This document shows, piece after piece, positions 53,756 through 64,000 of a stretch of 64,000 bases of DNA (the first letter of the stretch is position 1; each line of letters opens with the position of its first letter). The notes under the pieces were generated by a model. The model did not search any database. It had not been told where the DNA came from and saw only the letters and a list, made by a program, of their open reading frames with translations. The DNA is from an uncultured Oscillospiraceae bacterium (GTDB lineage Bacteria > Bacillota > Clostridia > Oscillospirales > CAG-382). The stretch is taken from positions 12,040-76,039 of the forward strand of contig CAZAJX010000003.1 in NCBI GenBank assembly GCA_964485815.1, written 5' to 3'. The position numbers were made by a program, and so were the translations under genes.

Positions 53756-54466
53756 ATGGCGGATGATATAAAGATCCCACGTCATATCGCAATAATAATG
53801 GACGGCAACCGCAGGTGGGCAAAGCGAAAATTCTTGCCCACCGGCTACGGCCATAAAAAAGGGTTTGATACCTTTGTGTCCGTTGCCGATGCTTGCGGTA
53901 AATTGGGTGTTGAATATCTTACCGTCTATGCTTTTTCTACGGAAAACTGGTCCCGCTCGGCAGACGAGGTGGATACCCTTACGGGAATTATAAAAGATTC
54001 CGTAAGCAGTTATATCCCCAAGCTTACCGAAAACAACATCCGTCTTCGGGTGCTGGGTGAAATGCACCGCTTCGATGAGGATACCCGCAAAGCGCTGGAG
54101 GAAAGCATAAAGGCATCGGAAAACAACACCGGTCTTAAAGTTAATATATGCCTTTCCTACGGAGGCAGGGCGGATATAACGAGGGCGGTAAACAAACTTA
54201 TCGCTTCGGGTAAAAAGGATGTTACGGAAAATGACATTTCCGAATATCTGTATACCGCATCTATGCCCGATCCCGAGCTGATGATCCGCACGGGTGGGGA
54301 AATACGCATTTCCAATTTCCTGCTGTGGCAGTGCGCCTACAGCGAAATGTATTTTACAGACGTGCTTTGGCCCGATTTTAATAAGGATACCCTTATGGAT
54401 GCCGTTAAATGGTATTCGGGCAGATCGCGCCGTTTCGGCGGAACGGAAGGAGAAACAAAAAAATGA
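53756..54466 (+). CDS. uppS: Isoprenyl transferase (undecaprenyl-diphosphate synthase)
   Basis: PRHIAIIMDGNRRWA, YAFSTENWSR, RTGGEIRISNFLLWQCAYSE. Confidence 0.95.
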   Translation: MADDIKIPRHIAIIMDGNRRWAKRKFLPTGYGHKKGFDTFVSVADACGKLGVEYLTVYAFSTENWSRSADEVDTLTGIIKDSVSSYIPKLTENNIRLRVLGEMHRFDEDTRKALEESIKASENNTGLKVNICLSYGGRADITRAVNKLIASGKKDVTENDISEYLYTASMPDPELMIRTGGEIRISNFLLWQCAYSEMYFTDVLWPDFNKDTLMDAVKWYSGRSRRFGGTEGETKK

Positions 54467-55251
54467 AGCGAATACTCACGGCTTTGGTGCTCCTTGCCGT
54501 TTTCGTGCCCGTGCTGGTGTTTTCCCACACACCCGCATACCCCATCTTTTTAGCGTTGGCGGGGGTTATGTGCGTATGGGAAACGAGCAGATGCAAAGGG
54601 CTTAATAAAAAATATTATCTTTGGGTGCCCTCTGCCCTTTACGTGGGCTTTGCACCCTTCGCCGCAAGAATAGACCTTAAATGGTTTTTGGCGGCAACCC
54701 TTGTCTTTTTGGTATATATCTGGTTTTCCGGCGTATTTTATTATGGAAAAACAAATATAAACGATCTTTCTTTTATCGGCTTTATGGGCTTTTATATCGC
54801 CTTGGGTGTATACAGCGTAGTGGCGGTACGAGATGCGTGGTCTTCTCTTTATCTCCTTGTGTTTATCGCCCCTTGGGTCAGCGATGCTTTAGCTATGTAT
54901 ACGGGAAAGCTGTTCGGCAAAAAGAAGCTTTGCCCCAAGATCTCTCCCAAAAAGACGGTTGCGGGCGCTATCGGCAGTATGGCGGGCACTATGCTGGTCA
55001 CGCTGGTGTATCTGTTTATCGCAAACACTTGGCTGGGCTGTGATTACAGCTATCTTTTGTTCGGTCTGCTGGCAATTCCCGCAGGAATTATAATTCAGCT
55101 TGGCGACCTTTCCGCATCCGTTGTAAAGCGCAACTGCGGCGTGAAGGATTACGGCAACCTGCTTCCCGGCCACGGCGGTGTTATGGACAGGTGCGATAGC
55201 ATTCTTCCCACCGCAATATTCGCATTTTTGCTTACGTTTTTTGTGGTATAA
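54463..55251 (+). CDS. cdsA: Phosphatidate cytidylyltransferase
   Basis: Multi-TM protein with the C-terminal signature SVVKRNCGVKDYGNLLPGHGGVMDRCDS. ATGA overlap with uppS. Confidence 0.9.
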   Translation: MKRILTALVLLAVFVPVLVFSHTPAYPIFLALAGVMCVWETSRCKGLNKKYYLWVPSALYVGFAPFAARIDLKWFLAATLVFLVYIWFSGVFYYGKTNINDLSFIGFMGFYIALGVYSVVAVRDAWSSLYLLVFIAPWVSDALAMYTGKLFGKKKLCPKISPKKTVAGAIGSMAGTMLVTLVYLFIANTWLGCDYSYLLFGLLAIPAGIIIQLGDLSASVVKRNCGVKDYGNLLPGHGGVMDRCDSILPTAIFAFLLTFFVV

Positions 55252-55260
55252 ATTAAAAAT

Positions 55261-56385
55261 ATGAAAAGCTTGATAATTCTGGGAGCCACCGGCTCTATCG
55301 GAACACAGACCTGCGACGTGGCTCGCCGCCACGGATTCAGAGTCACCGCTTTGAGCGGACATTCCAACGTAAAATTATTAGAATCCCTTTGCCGTGAATT
55401 TTCTCCCCTCTATGCAATAGCAGGGGAGGAATATCTCTCTGACCTTAAGACCCGCCTTGCGGACACAAGCGTTAAGGCGGTGGGAGAGAGTGAGCTTCAC
55501 TATATTGCGGCAGAGTGCGAGGGAGATACCGTGCTTAATGCCGTAACGGGTATTGCGGGGCTTCGCTCATCTCTTTCCGTTCTGGAAGCGGGCAAGACAC
55601 TTTGCCTCGCCAACAAGGAGAGTATGGTTACGGGGGGCGACCTTGTAAACGCAGCCGCAAAAAAAACGGGGGCGAAAATTCTCCCCGTGGATTCGGAGCA
55701 TTCCGCTATCTTCCAGTGTCTTGACGGAAACAAGGTCAAAAAGATACTTCTCACCGCATCCGGCGGACCTTTTTACGGTTGGAGCAGGGAAAGACTGGAT
55801 ACGGTCACTCCCGAGGATGCTTTAGCCCATCCTACCTGGAATATGGGCAAAAAAATAACCATAGATTCCGCAACACTTATGAACAAGGGGCTGGAATTGA
55901 TCGAAGCGGTACAGCTTTTTGATGTGCGCCCGGATCAGATACAGGTGCTTGTCCACCGCCAATCCATAGTACATTCTATGGTACAGTACGAGGATAACGC
56001 CGTGCTTGCCCAATGCGGCGCACCGGATATGCGCACCTGCATACAGTACGCCCTTACTTACCCCGAAAGAAAAGAAGGACTTGCAAAGGAATTGGATTTT
56101 TCTACCCTTTCCACCCTTACCTTTGCTTTGCCCGATGAAGATACATTTACCCTGCTTCCCCTTTGCCGTGAAGCCATTACCCGTGGCGGAAACCTTCCCG
56201 CGGCGGTCAACGGCGCAAACGAGGCGGCAGTAGATGCGTTTTTACGCAAAAAAATTGGCTTTACCGAAATTTTCCGCGTGGTGGAGAAGGCGTACCAAAA
56301 GGCGTCATTTATTGAAGATCCCACCGTGGAAGATATTTTTGAAACAGACCGCGCGGCAAGAAACGCGGTCGCGGAGGAATACTGA
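55261..56385 (+). CDS. dxr: 1-deoxy-D-xylulose-5-phosphate reductoisomerase
   Basis: ILGATGSIGTQT, LANKESMV, PVDSEHSAIFQC, HPTWNMGKKITIDSATLMNKGLE. Confidence 0.95.
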   Translation: MKSLIILGATGSIGTQTCDVARRHGFRVTALSGHSNVKLLESLCREFSPLYAIAGEEYLSDLKTRLADTSVKAVGESELHYIAAECEGDTVLNAVTGIAGLRSSLSVLEAGKTLCLANKESMVTGGDLVNAAAKKTGAKILPVDSEHSAIFQCLDGNKVKKILLTASGGPFYGWSRERLDTVTPEDALAHPTWNMGKKITIDSATLMNKGLELIEAVQLFDVRPDQIQVLVHRQSIVHSMVQYEDNAVLAQCGAPDMRTCIQYALTYPERKEGLAKELDFSTLSTLTFALPDEDTFTLLPLCREAITRGGNLPAAVNGANEAAVDAFLRKKIGFTEIFRVVEKAYQKASFIEDPTVEDIFETDRAARNAVAEEY

Positions 56386-56387
56386 TA

Positions 56388-57479
56388 TTGGCTAATACTC
56401 TTATTACGGTAGTGGTTACCGTTCTTATGCTGGGAATACTCGTCCTCGTTCACGAAGGGGGACATTACCTTGCCGCCCGCGCCTTTAAGGTGGGTATAAT
56501 GGAATTTTCCATCGGTATGGGTCCCGTGCTCTTTAAAAAGAAGGGCAAATACAACGATTTTTCTATCCGCGCTCTGCCTATCGGCGGTTACGTAAGTATG
56601 ATCGGGGAAGAGGATACCGAAATTCCCGAGGAACATCAGGGCAAGCCCAGCATTAACGATAAAAAGACATGGCAGAAAATGATAATTGTTCTGGCAGGTC
56701 CCTTTATGAACGTGCTTTTAAGCGTGCTTTTAATGGTGGGACTTGTGATTTCCACCGATGTTATCGGCTCTACCACCGTAGCCCAGCTGGTTGATGAGGC
56801 GGTAAGCGAGGAAAAAGGACTTCCCGTGAATATATCGGGCGAATACGGTCTGCAGGCAGAGGATAAGATTATAAAAATAAACGGAAAGAGAATTTTCGTT
56901 TATTACGATATGGCGTATTATCTCACTACTATGGGCAACGAGCCCGTTGACCTTGTGGTCGAAAGAGATGGCGAAGAGGTTGAGCTCAAAGGCGTTTGCT
57001 TCCCCGTGGACGAGATGGACGGCGTGAAGTACGGCTCTATGGACTTTTTGGTCTACCGCAAGGATAAGACCTTTGCCAACGTGTGCTATGAAGCCTTCTG
57101 GCAGCCCATTTCCACCATACGCACCACCGTTCAGGGCTTTTTGGATACAGTTACGGGCAGATACGGAATCTCGGGCGTATCCGGCGTAGTCGGTATGGGC
57201 GACGCTATGAACGACGTTATCTCCACGGGAGAGAGTATCGGCGTTATTGTGGAAAATCTGCTTAATTTTATGGTGCTTATATCCCTTTCGCTGGGTATAT
57301 TCAACCTTATCCCTCTTCCCGCGTTGGACGGCGGACGGTTTGTCATTTACGCTATCGAGGGCATTATCGGCAGAAGACTGCCCGAAAAAGCGGTTACCAT
57401 TGCAATTTCCGTAAGTATGGGACTTCTTCTCCTGCTTATGGTGCTTATAACCTTTAAGGATATTATAAAACTATTTTAA
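56388..57479 (+). CDS. rseP: RIP metalloprotease RseP/RasP (M50, site-2 protease)
   Basis: The HEGGHYL zinc motif, a PDZ-like middle region and a C-terminal NLIPLPALDGG. TTG start. Confidence 0.9.
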   Translation: MANTLITVVVTVLMLGILVLVHEGGHYLAARAFKVGIMEFSIGMGPVLFKKKGKYNDFSIRALPIGGYVSMIGEEDTEIPEEHQGKPSINDKKTWQKMIIVLAGPFMNVLLSVLLMVGLVISTDVIGSTTVAQLVDEAVSEEKGLPVNISGEYGLQAEDKIIKINGKRIFVYYDMAYYLTTMGNEPVDLVVERDGEEVELKGVCFPVDEMDGVKYGSMDFLVYRKDKTFANVCYEAFWQPISTIRTTVQGFLDTVTGRYGISGVSGVVGMGDAMNDVISTGESIGVIVENLLNFMVLISLSLGIFNLIPLPALDGGRFVIYAIEGIIGRRLPEKAVTIAISVSMGLLLLLMVLITFKDIIKLF

Positions 57480-57494
57480 AACAGAAGGATTTTT

Positions 57495-58487
57495 ATGAAG
57501 AAAATTCTTATGATCGCCACGGGCGGTACTATTGCCTGCCGCAGAACACCCGAGGGGTTAAAGCCCCTTTTGGGCAGCGCTGACCTGCTTAAATACGTGC
57601 CCGATGTAAAGAATGTCTGCGTTGCGGACACTTTACAGCTTTATAATCTGGATTCCACGGATATCCGCCCCCATCATTGGGTGGGAATGGCAAACGCGGT
57701 AAAGGAAAACTACGAAAAGTACGATGGATTCGTCATCACCCACGGGACGGACACTATGGCGTATACAGCCGCCGCGTTGTCTTATCTCCTGCTTTCCTCT
57801 CCCAAGCCCGTGGTTATAACGGGCGCACAAAAGCCTGTGGATATGGAAAACACGGATGCGAGGGTAAACCTTTACGATAGCTTCGTCTACGCTTCGGATG
57901 ACGATGCTTCGGGGGTGAATATCGTTTTTGACGGCAAGGTGATCTTGGGTACCCGTGCAAAAAAGACACGCTCCAAAAGCTACAACGCATTTTCTTCCAT
58001 AAATTATCCCGAGGTTGCCCGTGTTTCCGAAGGGCAGGTCCGCCATTATATAAAGCGGGAAAAACGGGAAAAAGAGTTTTTTGATTCACTCAACACCCGC
58101 GTTTCCGTCTGTGCTCTCGCGCCTTCTATGGACAGCGGCGCACTTAAATATATGATGGATAACAGCGATGCGGTAATTATCGAAACCTACGGCGTGGGCG
58201 GTATTCCCGCAGAAGGCGGCTTTGAAGAGGTAATACGGGAAGGCGTTAAAAAGGGCGTTACCGTAGTTATCACCACTCAGGTGCTTAACGAGGGAAGCGA
58301 TATGGCGGTCTACCGTGTGGGCAAGCAGATAAAAGAGGATCTCGGTCTTCTGGAGGCCTATGATATGACCCACGAATCCGCATTGGCAAAGCTGATGTGG
58401 ATACTGGCGCGGCACACAAAAAGAGAAGATATAATCAGGGAATTTTACACTCCCGGAAACTTTGATATTTACGAAAAGAAGATATGA
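57495..58487 (+). CDS. ansA: Type I L-asparaginase
   Basis: ATGGTIA catalytic Thr motif and HGTDTMAYTAAALS. 330 aa. Confidence 0.9.
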   Translation: MKKILMIATGGTIACRRTPEGLKPLLGSADLLKYVPDVKNVCVADTLQLYNLDSTDIRPHHWVGMANAVKENYEKYDGFVITHGTDTMAYTAAALSYLLLSSPKPVVITGAQKPVDMENTDARVNLYDSFVYASDDDASGVNIVFDGKVILGTRAKKTRSKSYNAFSSINYPEVARVSEGQVRHYIKREKREKEFFDSLNTRVSVCALAPSMDSGALKYMMDNSDAVIIETYGVGGIPAEGGFEEVIREGVKKGVTVVITTQVLNEGSDMAVYRVGKQIKEDLGLLEAYDMTHESALAKLMWILARHTKREDIIREFYTPGNFDIYEKKI

Positions 58488-59551
58488 ACGAACATAAACG
58501 TATTTCCCGCGCCGTTAAGGTAGGGCGACTTACCATAGGCGGAAATAATCCTATTGCCGTTCAGTCTATGTCAAATATAGACACGGCAGATACGGAAAGA
58601 GTAATAAAGCAAATAAAAGAATTAAAATCCGCAGGGTGTCATATCCTGCGCTTTGCGGTTAACAGTATGGATGCGGTGCGGGCTATCCCCGTGTATAAAG
58701 CGGTTACGGATATGCCTCTGGTTGCGGATATCCACTTCGATTACCGCCTTGCATTGGAGGCGGCGGAAGCGGGAATAGACAAGATCCGTATCAACCCCGG
58801 CAATATCGGCGCAGAGGAAAACGTAAAAGCCGTTGCCCGCGTGTGCAACCAAAAGAACATACCCATTCGTATCGGCATAAACGGCGGCAGTCTTGAAAAG
58901 GATATGCTTTTAAAATACGGCGGTCCCACGGCGGAGGCTATTGCCGAATCCGCCCTGAACAACGCCCGTCTTTTGGAAAAATACGATTTTAACAACATAG
59001 TCCTTTCCGCAAAAAGCTCCGATGTTTCCAAGATGATCCGCGCAAACGAGATTATTGCGTCCGCCTGTGATTACCCTCTGCATTTAGGTGTTACCGAAGC
59101 GGGCGGGGAAGCCAACGGAACTATACGAAACGCTATCGGTATCGGCGCATTGTTGGCAAAGGGAATAGGAGATACCATAAGAGTATCTCTTACCGCAGAC
59201 CCCGTGAAGGAGGTTTATGCGGGTCACAGAATTTTGCGTGTAATGGGCTTGGAAAGCGGTATAAACGTGGTTTCCTGCCCCACCTGCGGCAGAACGAAAA
59301 TTGATCTTATTCCCCTTGCTTCCCGTGTGGAAAAACTGTGCGAGGGAATAGAAACCTCAAAATACGTTACCGTCGCCGTAATGGGCTGTGTGGTAAACGG
59401 TCCGGGGGAAGCAAAGGAAGCTGACGTAGGTATTGCGGGAGGAAACGGGGAAGCCGTCCTTTTCCGCAAGGGAGAAGTTATCGGAAAGATAGACGAACAA
59501 GAGATAGAAACATTACTTAAACAGGAGATAATGAGGATTATCAATGAATGA
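58484..59551 (+). CDS. ispG: 4-hydroxy-3-methylbut-2-en-1-yl diphosphate synthase
   Basis: VQSMSNIDT, IRINPGNIG, and the CPTCGR...GCVVNGPGE Fe-S cysteines. ATGA overlap with ansA. Confidence 0.95.
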   Translation: MNEHKRISRAVKVGRLTIGGNNPIAVQSMSNIDTADTERVIKQIKELKSAGCHILRFAVNSMDAVRAIPVYKAVTDMPLVADIHFDYRLALEAAEAGIDKIRINPGNIGAEENVKAVARVCNQKNIPIRIGINGGSLEKDMLLKYGGPTAEAIAESALNNARLLEKYDFNNIVLSAKSSDVSKMIRANEIIASACDYPLHLGVTEAGGEANGTIRNAIGIGALLAKGIGDTIRVSLTADPVKEVYAGHRILRVMGLESGINVVSCPTCGRTKIDLIPLASRVEKLCEGIETSKYVTVAVMGCVVNGPGEAKEADVGIAGGNGEAVLFRKGEVIGKIDEQEIETLLKQEIMRIINE

Positions 59552-62500
59552 ACGGTTTTACAAGCAGTTCGCCAAGGTAGATTTTACCGAAGAGCAAAGA
59601 TCGCTGCTTAAAAATGCCACGGATTATAAGCTGCAGGTAGACCGCGCAGGTAACGGTCTTAAAATGGAGCTTTATTTTCCTATGCCCGTTTCAGCAGACA
59701 GACTGTTTGATATAGAAAAAACCGTTACCACCGCTTTGCGCCTTAATTACTGCCTGGCTTTGCCCGTTTACGAGGGCTGCACCTTCGCCACCGACTATAT
59801 GCCGGAATTGGTAAAGCTGTACGCCAACAGAGCGAATATCACCTTGGGCAGAGGGGGAATGGATAAATACGATTATTCCTATGACAGAGAAAAAGCGTTA
59901 GTTACCATAAAGCTCCGCAAGGGCATATCCTCCGCTTTAATGGATATGGCGGGGGCTGGAAAATTCTTTTCCGAATGTGTTTTTGCCCAGTTCGGACAGA
60001 ATATAACCTTCGTTTTCGAAGAGGACGAAAATTACGATTACGTCCCTATTTTCGATACAAAGGCTTTGGAGCAGCAGGCGAAGGCGGATTACGCCGAGTA
60101 CGAGAAAAACCGCGCTCCCAAGGAAGTTGAAACCAAGGACAGCTTTTTCAAAACCGTGGAGGATACCGAGGATAAATACGATATCGGCGGAACCCGTATC
60201 GGCAATATGCATTTTGATCTTTCCGAGCGCGCTCCCATTTTCAAGGAGCTTATCCGCAAAGAGCCCTTTGCCATAAAGGAGATACATATAGAGCCCACCG
60301 TAAACGCCGAGGGACGCACCTATTCCAAGCGTATTCCCGTGTGCATATGCGGTGAGATGTTCCAGATCGAGGATAAAGAATCCCGCGACGGAAGCAAGAC
60401 CAATTACAAGGCTTATATAACTGACGGAGAGGCTTCCGTTATGCTCCGTTTTTCCGTAAACAAAGAGGATACGGAGTTTTCCGCTCCCAAGCCCGGTGCG
60501 GCACTGCTTATAGAGGGCAAGGCGGCTTATGATGATTACGAAAAAGAAACGGTTATCCGTGTAGAAAAAATAAATAAAATAAAGCGTCTGCGCCGTAAGG
60601 ATAAATATCCCCGCAAGCGTACGGAATTGCATCTTCACACCTCAATGTCCGCCAACGACGCTTTATCCGACCCCGAAACGGTTATGGCTACCGCCTCCGC
60701 CTGGGGCTGGAACGCCGTTGCCATTACCGACCACGGCAACGTGCAGGCGTACCCTATGATAATGAAAGCGCGGAAAAAATATCCCGATGTAAAGCCCATT
60801 TACGGTATGGAGGGATATTTGGTAGACGATACCGCCCGCGCGGTTTTCGGAGTTAAAAATCCCAAAGAGTGCGTCTTTGACGAAACCGAGTTTATTATAT
60901 TCGATATAGAAACCACGGGACTTTCCCCCGTGGACTGCGCCATAACCGAAATCGGCGCATCCCTTTACAAGGGCGGGGAGATAATAGATACCTTCGGCAC
61001 ATACGTTGACCCCGAAATGCCCATTCCCGAGAACATTACCCGTCTTACGGGAATTTCCGCGGAAACCGTAAAGGGCGCACCCAAGGTAAAGGAAGCTGTA
61101 AAAGCGTTCCTTGAATTTGCGGGAAACCGAATTTTGGTTGCCCACAACGCAAATTTCGATATCGGCTTTATCCGCAAGGCGTGCGAAACCCATAAGATAA
61201 AGTTTACAAACCCCTATCTGGATACTTTACCCCTTTCCAGATATATAAATTCCGATCTTAACAAGCATACTCTTGATTCTATCGGAAATTATTATAACCT
61301 CGGCGAATTCAACCACCACCGCGCTACCGACGATACCGCAATGCTGGGCGCAATCTTTTCCTGTATGGCGGAAAGACTCCGCAAGCAGGGTATAAGAAAC
61401 GTGGAAGAAATGAATATGGCAATGGCGGCAAACAGCGATCCCAAAAAGCTCCGCGCATACCATATTACCATACTTGTTAAAAACCTTGCGGGACTTCGCA
61501 ATCTGTACCAGCTTATATCCCAGTCTTATCTGGATTATTACCACCGCAACCCCCGTATACCCAAAACCGTTCTTGACGCACACCGTGAAGGACTTATTAT
61601 CGGCTCTGCCTGCGAAGCGGGCGAATTATTTAGAGGCATACTTGACGGCAAGCCCAATTCCGAGCTTGAGCGTATCGCAAAGTTTTACGATTACCTTGAG
61701 ATAATGCCAAAAGCCAACAACTCTTTCCTTATAGACGAGGGCACCCTTACGGATTACGGCAGATTAGAGGAGATAAACAAGCAGATACTCCGTATCGGCG
61801 ATAAGCTGAAAAAGCCTGTCTGCGCCACGGGGGACGCTCATTTTATAGATCCCGATGATGAGATCTACCGCCAGATAATGCAGGTGGGGCTTAAATACAA
61901 GGACGCTATGCACGAAAGCAAGCTGTATCTCCGCACCACCGAGGAAATGCTGGAGGAATTTGCCTATCTTGGCGACAGAGCAGAGGAAGTTGTTATTGAT
62001 AATCCGCAGAAAATAGCGGATATGATCGACGGCTCCATAAAGCCCATTCCCGACGGAACCTATACTCCCGAGATCGAGGGAGCGGAGGAGGAGCTTACCA
62101 CCTCCTGCCATCAGACCGCTATGGATTGGTACGGCTACGAGGGCGTAGTTCCCGAAATAGTTCAAAACCGTCTTGACAGAGAGCTTACCTCCATTATCAA
62201 AAACGGATTTTCCGTGCTTTACGTTATAGCCAGAAAGCTTGTGCTCAATTCCGAGCGTACGGGATACCTCGTTGGCTCCCGTGGTTCGGTTGGTTCTTCC
62301 GTAGTTGCAACCTTTTCCGGCGTTTCGGAGGTTAACCCCCTGCCTCCCCATTACAGATGCCCGTCCTGCAAATACAGCGAATGGTTTACCGACGGCTCTG
62401 TGGGCAGCGGATTTGACCTTCCCGATAAGATCTGCCCCAAGTGCGGGGAAATGATGATATCCGACGGACACGATATCCCCTTCGAAACCTTCCTTGGCTT

Positions 62501-63953
62501 CCACGGAGAAAAAGCGCCGGATATTGACCTTAACTTTTCATCGGACAACCAGTCCGAAGCCCATCATTATACCGAAGTGCTGTTCGGCAAGGAAAACATC
62601 TTCCGCGCAGGCACGGTAGGTACTATCGCTTCAAAGACCGCATACGGTTACGTTAAAAAGTTTTTGGAGGAGCAGGGCAAGCACCTTTCCAAGGCAGAGG
62701 AAAACCGCCTTGTAAACGGACTTGTAGGTGTAAAGCGCACCACGGGTCAGCACCCCGGCGGTATCGTGGTTATCCCCAAGCAGTACGAGATATACGATTT
62801 CACTCCCGTACAGCACCCTGCGGATAAGGACGATTCCGGTGTTATCACCACCCACTTCGCGTTCGAATATCTTCACGATACCCTGCTTAAATTGGATATT
62901 CTGGGACACGATGTTCCCACCATTTACAAATGGCTGGAAACCTTTACGGGCAAGGACGTGCGCACCGTTCCCATGAACGACAGAGCCACAATGGAGCTGT
63001 TTGAATCCACCCGTCCTCTGGGAGTTGCTCCCGACCAGATCGGCTCGGATTTCGGCACCTTCGGTCTGCCCGAATGCGGGACTCCTTACGTTCGTGAAAT
63101 GATACGCGACGCACACCCCACCAAATTTTCCGACCTTTTGCAGCTTTCGGGACTCTCCCACGGTACGGGAATATGGCTGGGCAACGGTCAGGAGCTTATT
63201 AAAAACGGCACCTGCACCATATCCGAAATTATCGGTACCCGTGACAGTATAATGGTATACCTTATGTACGCGGGAGTTGAAAAGGAAAGCGCCTTTAAGA
63301 TCATGGAGTTCGTCCGTAAAAACAAAAAAGGTCTTCCTATTCCCGAAGCAATGGTAGAAACCATGCGGGCATCAAACGTGCCCGAATGGTATATAGAATC
63401 CCTTGGCAAGATACGTTACATGTTCCCCAAAGCCCACGCCGCCGCCTATATGATATCGGCGATCCGTCTGGGCTGGTACAAGGTGCACGAGCCCTTGGCG
63501 TTCTATGCAACCTATTTTACCGTAAAATGCTCCAAAAATGCGGGATTTGACAGCGAGCTGGCGTTATCATCGCCCTCCGTCATATCCAAGCGTATAGAAG
63601 AATTGGAAGCCCTTTCGGATACCACCGCCAAGGACGAGGACACCATCACCGTAATGCAGATGGTGCGTGAGATGTACGCAAGGGGTATAAAGTTCTTACC
63701 TGTTGACGTGTATAAATCCGAAGCCTACGTATTCAAGCCCGAGGACGGCAAGATACGTCTGCCGCTGTCCGCGCTTAACGGTCTTGGCGATACTGCGGCG
63801 GAAAACATTTACAAAACCATACACGAAACCGATTGCGCCACCTTGGAAGAACTGCGCATAAACGCAGGACTTAACAAAAACGTGGTGGAAATACTTAAAA
63901 ATAACAACTGTTTGGGAGATCTTCCCGAAACCGATCAGTTATCTCTGTTTTAG
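59544..63953 (+). CDS. polC: DNA polymerase III PolC-type (Gram-positive replicase)
   Basis: 1469 aa. PHP domain (HLHTSMSANDA), inserted DEDDh exonuclease (IIFDIETTGLS...HNANFDIGF), zinc-finger CPSC...CPKC, and the polymerase core (GHDVP, PDID). Confidence 0.97.
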   Translation: MNERFYKQFAKVDFTEEQRSLLKNATDYKLQVDRAGNGLKMELYFPMPVSADRLFDIEKTVTTALRLNYCLALPVYEGCTFATDYMPELVKLYANRANITLGRGGMDKYDYSYDREKALVTIKLRKGISSALMDMAGAGKFFSECVFAQFGQNITFVFEEDENYDYVPIFDTKALEQQAKADYAEYEKNRAPKEVETKDSFFKTVEDTEDKYDIGGTRIGNMHFDLSERAPIFKELIRKEPFAIKEIHIEPTVNAEGRTYSKRIPVCICGEMFQIEDKESRDGSKTNYKAYITDGEASVMLRFSVNKEDTEFSAPKPGAALLIEGKAAYDDYEKETVIRVEKINKIKRLRRKDKYPRKRTELHLHTSMSANDALSDPETVMATASAWGWNAVAITDHGNVQAYPMIMKARKKYPDVKPIYGMEGYLVDDTARAVFGVKNPKECVFDETEFIIFDIETTGLSPVDCAITEIGASLYKGGEIIDTFGTYVDPEMPIPENITRLTGISAETVKGAPKVKEAVKAFLEFAGNRILVAHNANFDIGFIRKACETHKIKFTNPYLDTLPLSRYINSDLNKHTLDSIGNYYNLGEFNHHRATDDTAMLGAIFSCMAERLRKQGIRNVEEMNMAMAANSDPKKLRAYHITILVKNLAGLRNLYQLISQSYLDYYHRNPRIPKTVLDAHREGLIIGSACEAGELFRGILDGKPNSELERIAKFYDYLEIMPKANNSFLIDEGTLTDYGRLEEINKQILRIGDKLKKPVCATGDAHFIDPDDEIYRQIMQVGLKYKDAMHESKLYLRTTEEMLEEFAYLGDRAEEVVIDNPQKIADMIDGSIKPIPDGTYTPEIEGAEEELTTSCHQTAMDWYGYEGVVPEIVQNRLDRELTSIIKNGFSVLYVIARKLVLNSERTGYLVGSRGSVGSSVVATFSGVSEVNPLPPHYRCPSCKYSEWFTDGSVGSGFDLPDKICPKCGEMMISDGHDIPFETFLGFHGEKAPDIDLNFSSDNQSEAHHYTEVLFGKENIFRAGTVGTIASKTAYGYVKKFLEEQGKHLSKAEENRLVNGLVGVKRTTGQHPGGIVVIPKQYEIYDFTPVQHPADKDDSGVITTHFAFEYLHDTLLKLDILGHDVPTIYKWLETFTGKDVRTVPMNDRATMELFESTRPLGVAPDQIGSDFGTFGLPECGTPYVREMIRDAHPTKFSDLLQLSGLSHGTGIWLGNGQELIKNGTCTISEIIGTRDSIMVYLMYAGVEKESAFKIMEFVRKNKKGLPIPEAMVETMRASNVPEWYIESLGKIRYMFPKAHAAAYMISAIRLGWYKVHEPLAFYATYFTVKCSKNAGFDSELALSSPSVISKRIEELEALSDTTAKDEDTITVMQMVREMYARGIKFLPVDVYKSEAYVFKPEDGKIRLPLSALNGLGDTAAENIYKTIHETDCATLEELRINAGLNKNVVEILKNNNCLGDLPETDQLSLF

Positions 63954-63967
63954 GAGTGAATAAAAAT

Positions 63968-64000
63968 ATGAAAACAAAGCTTCTTTCGATTATCGAAAAA
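63968..64000 (+). CDS. Start of a downstream ORF, truncated by the window edge
   Basis: ATG at 63968 follows AGGAGTG. Only 11 codons (MKTKLLSIIEK) are visible. In Firmicutes rimP often follows polC, but this cannot be verified here. Confidence 0.2.
   Translation, partial: MKTKLLSIIEK

Overview
Chromosomal window from a Gram-positive, Clostridia-like bacterium. The evidence is a PolC-type replicase and the core block pyrH-frr-uppS-cdsA-dxr-rseP-ispG-polC; the taxon is inference only. I call 53 complete protein genes plus one partial, one tRNA-Val(TAC), one TPP riboswitch, and a set of near-consensus sigma-A promoters and intrinsic terminators. The 42.7-64 kb part is tightly packed housekeeping: uvrBA, a radical-SAM pair, translation/lipid/isoprenoid genes and polC. 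The 0-42 kb part mixes housekeeping (pyrR, hisS-aspS, ackA) with envelope and accessory modules. These are a GldA/F/G-like ABC operon, a MoxR-DUF58-transglutaminase operon, two tandem paralogous tail-anchored surface proteins and a GlpA-like/DUF1667 flavoprotein trio. There is also a patch of orphan solute-binding lipoproteins, Gfo/Idh/MocA oxidoreductases, TspO and a patatin-like lipase. I see no transposase, integrase, phage, CRISPR-Cas or recognisable defence genes. The most unusual content is non-coding. First, a modular intergenic repeat family whose arms are tandem AATGAKR heptamers occupies 11 loci (about 2 kb), all in the first 42 kb. Second, longer mosaic variants of it form roughly 0.35-kb inverted repeats around a 4.5-kb gene block. 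Third, a separate hairpin/14-mer array lies between tRNA-Val and an Avd-like four-helix-bundle gene. All functional calls come from motif recognition by eye. No database search was possible, and identity estimates are approximate.
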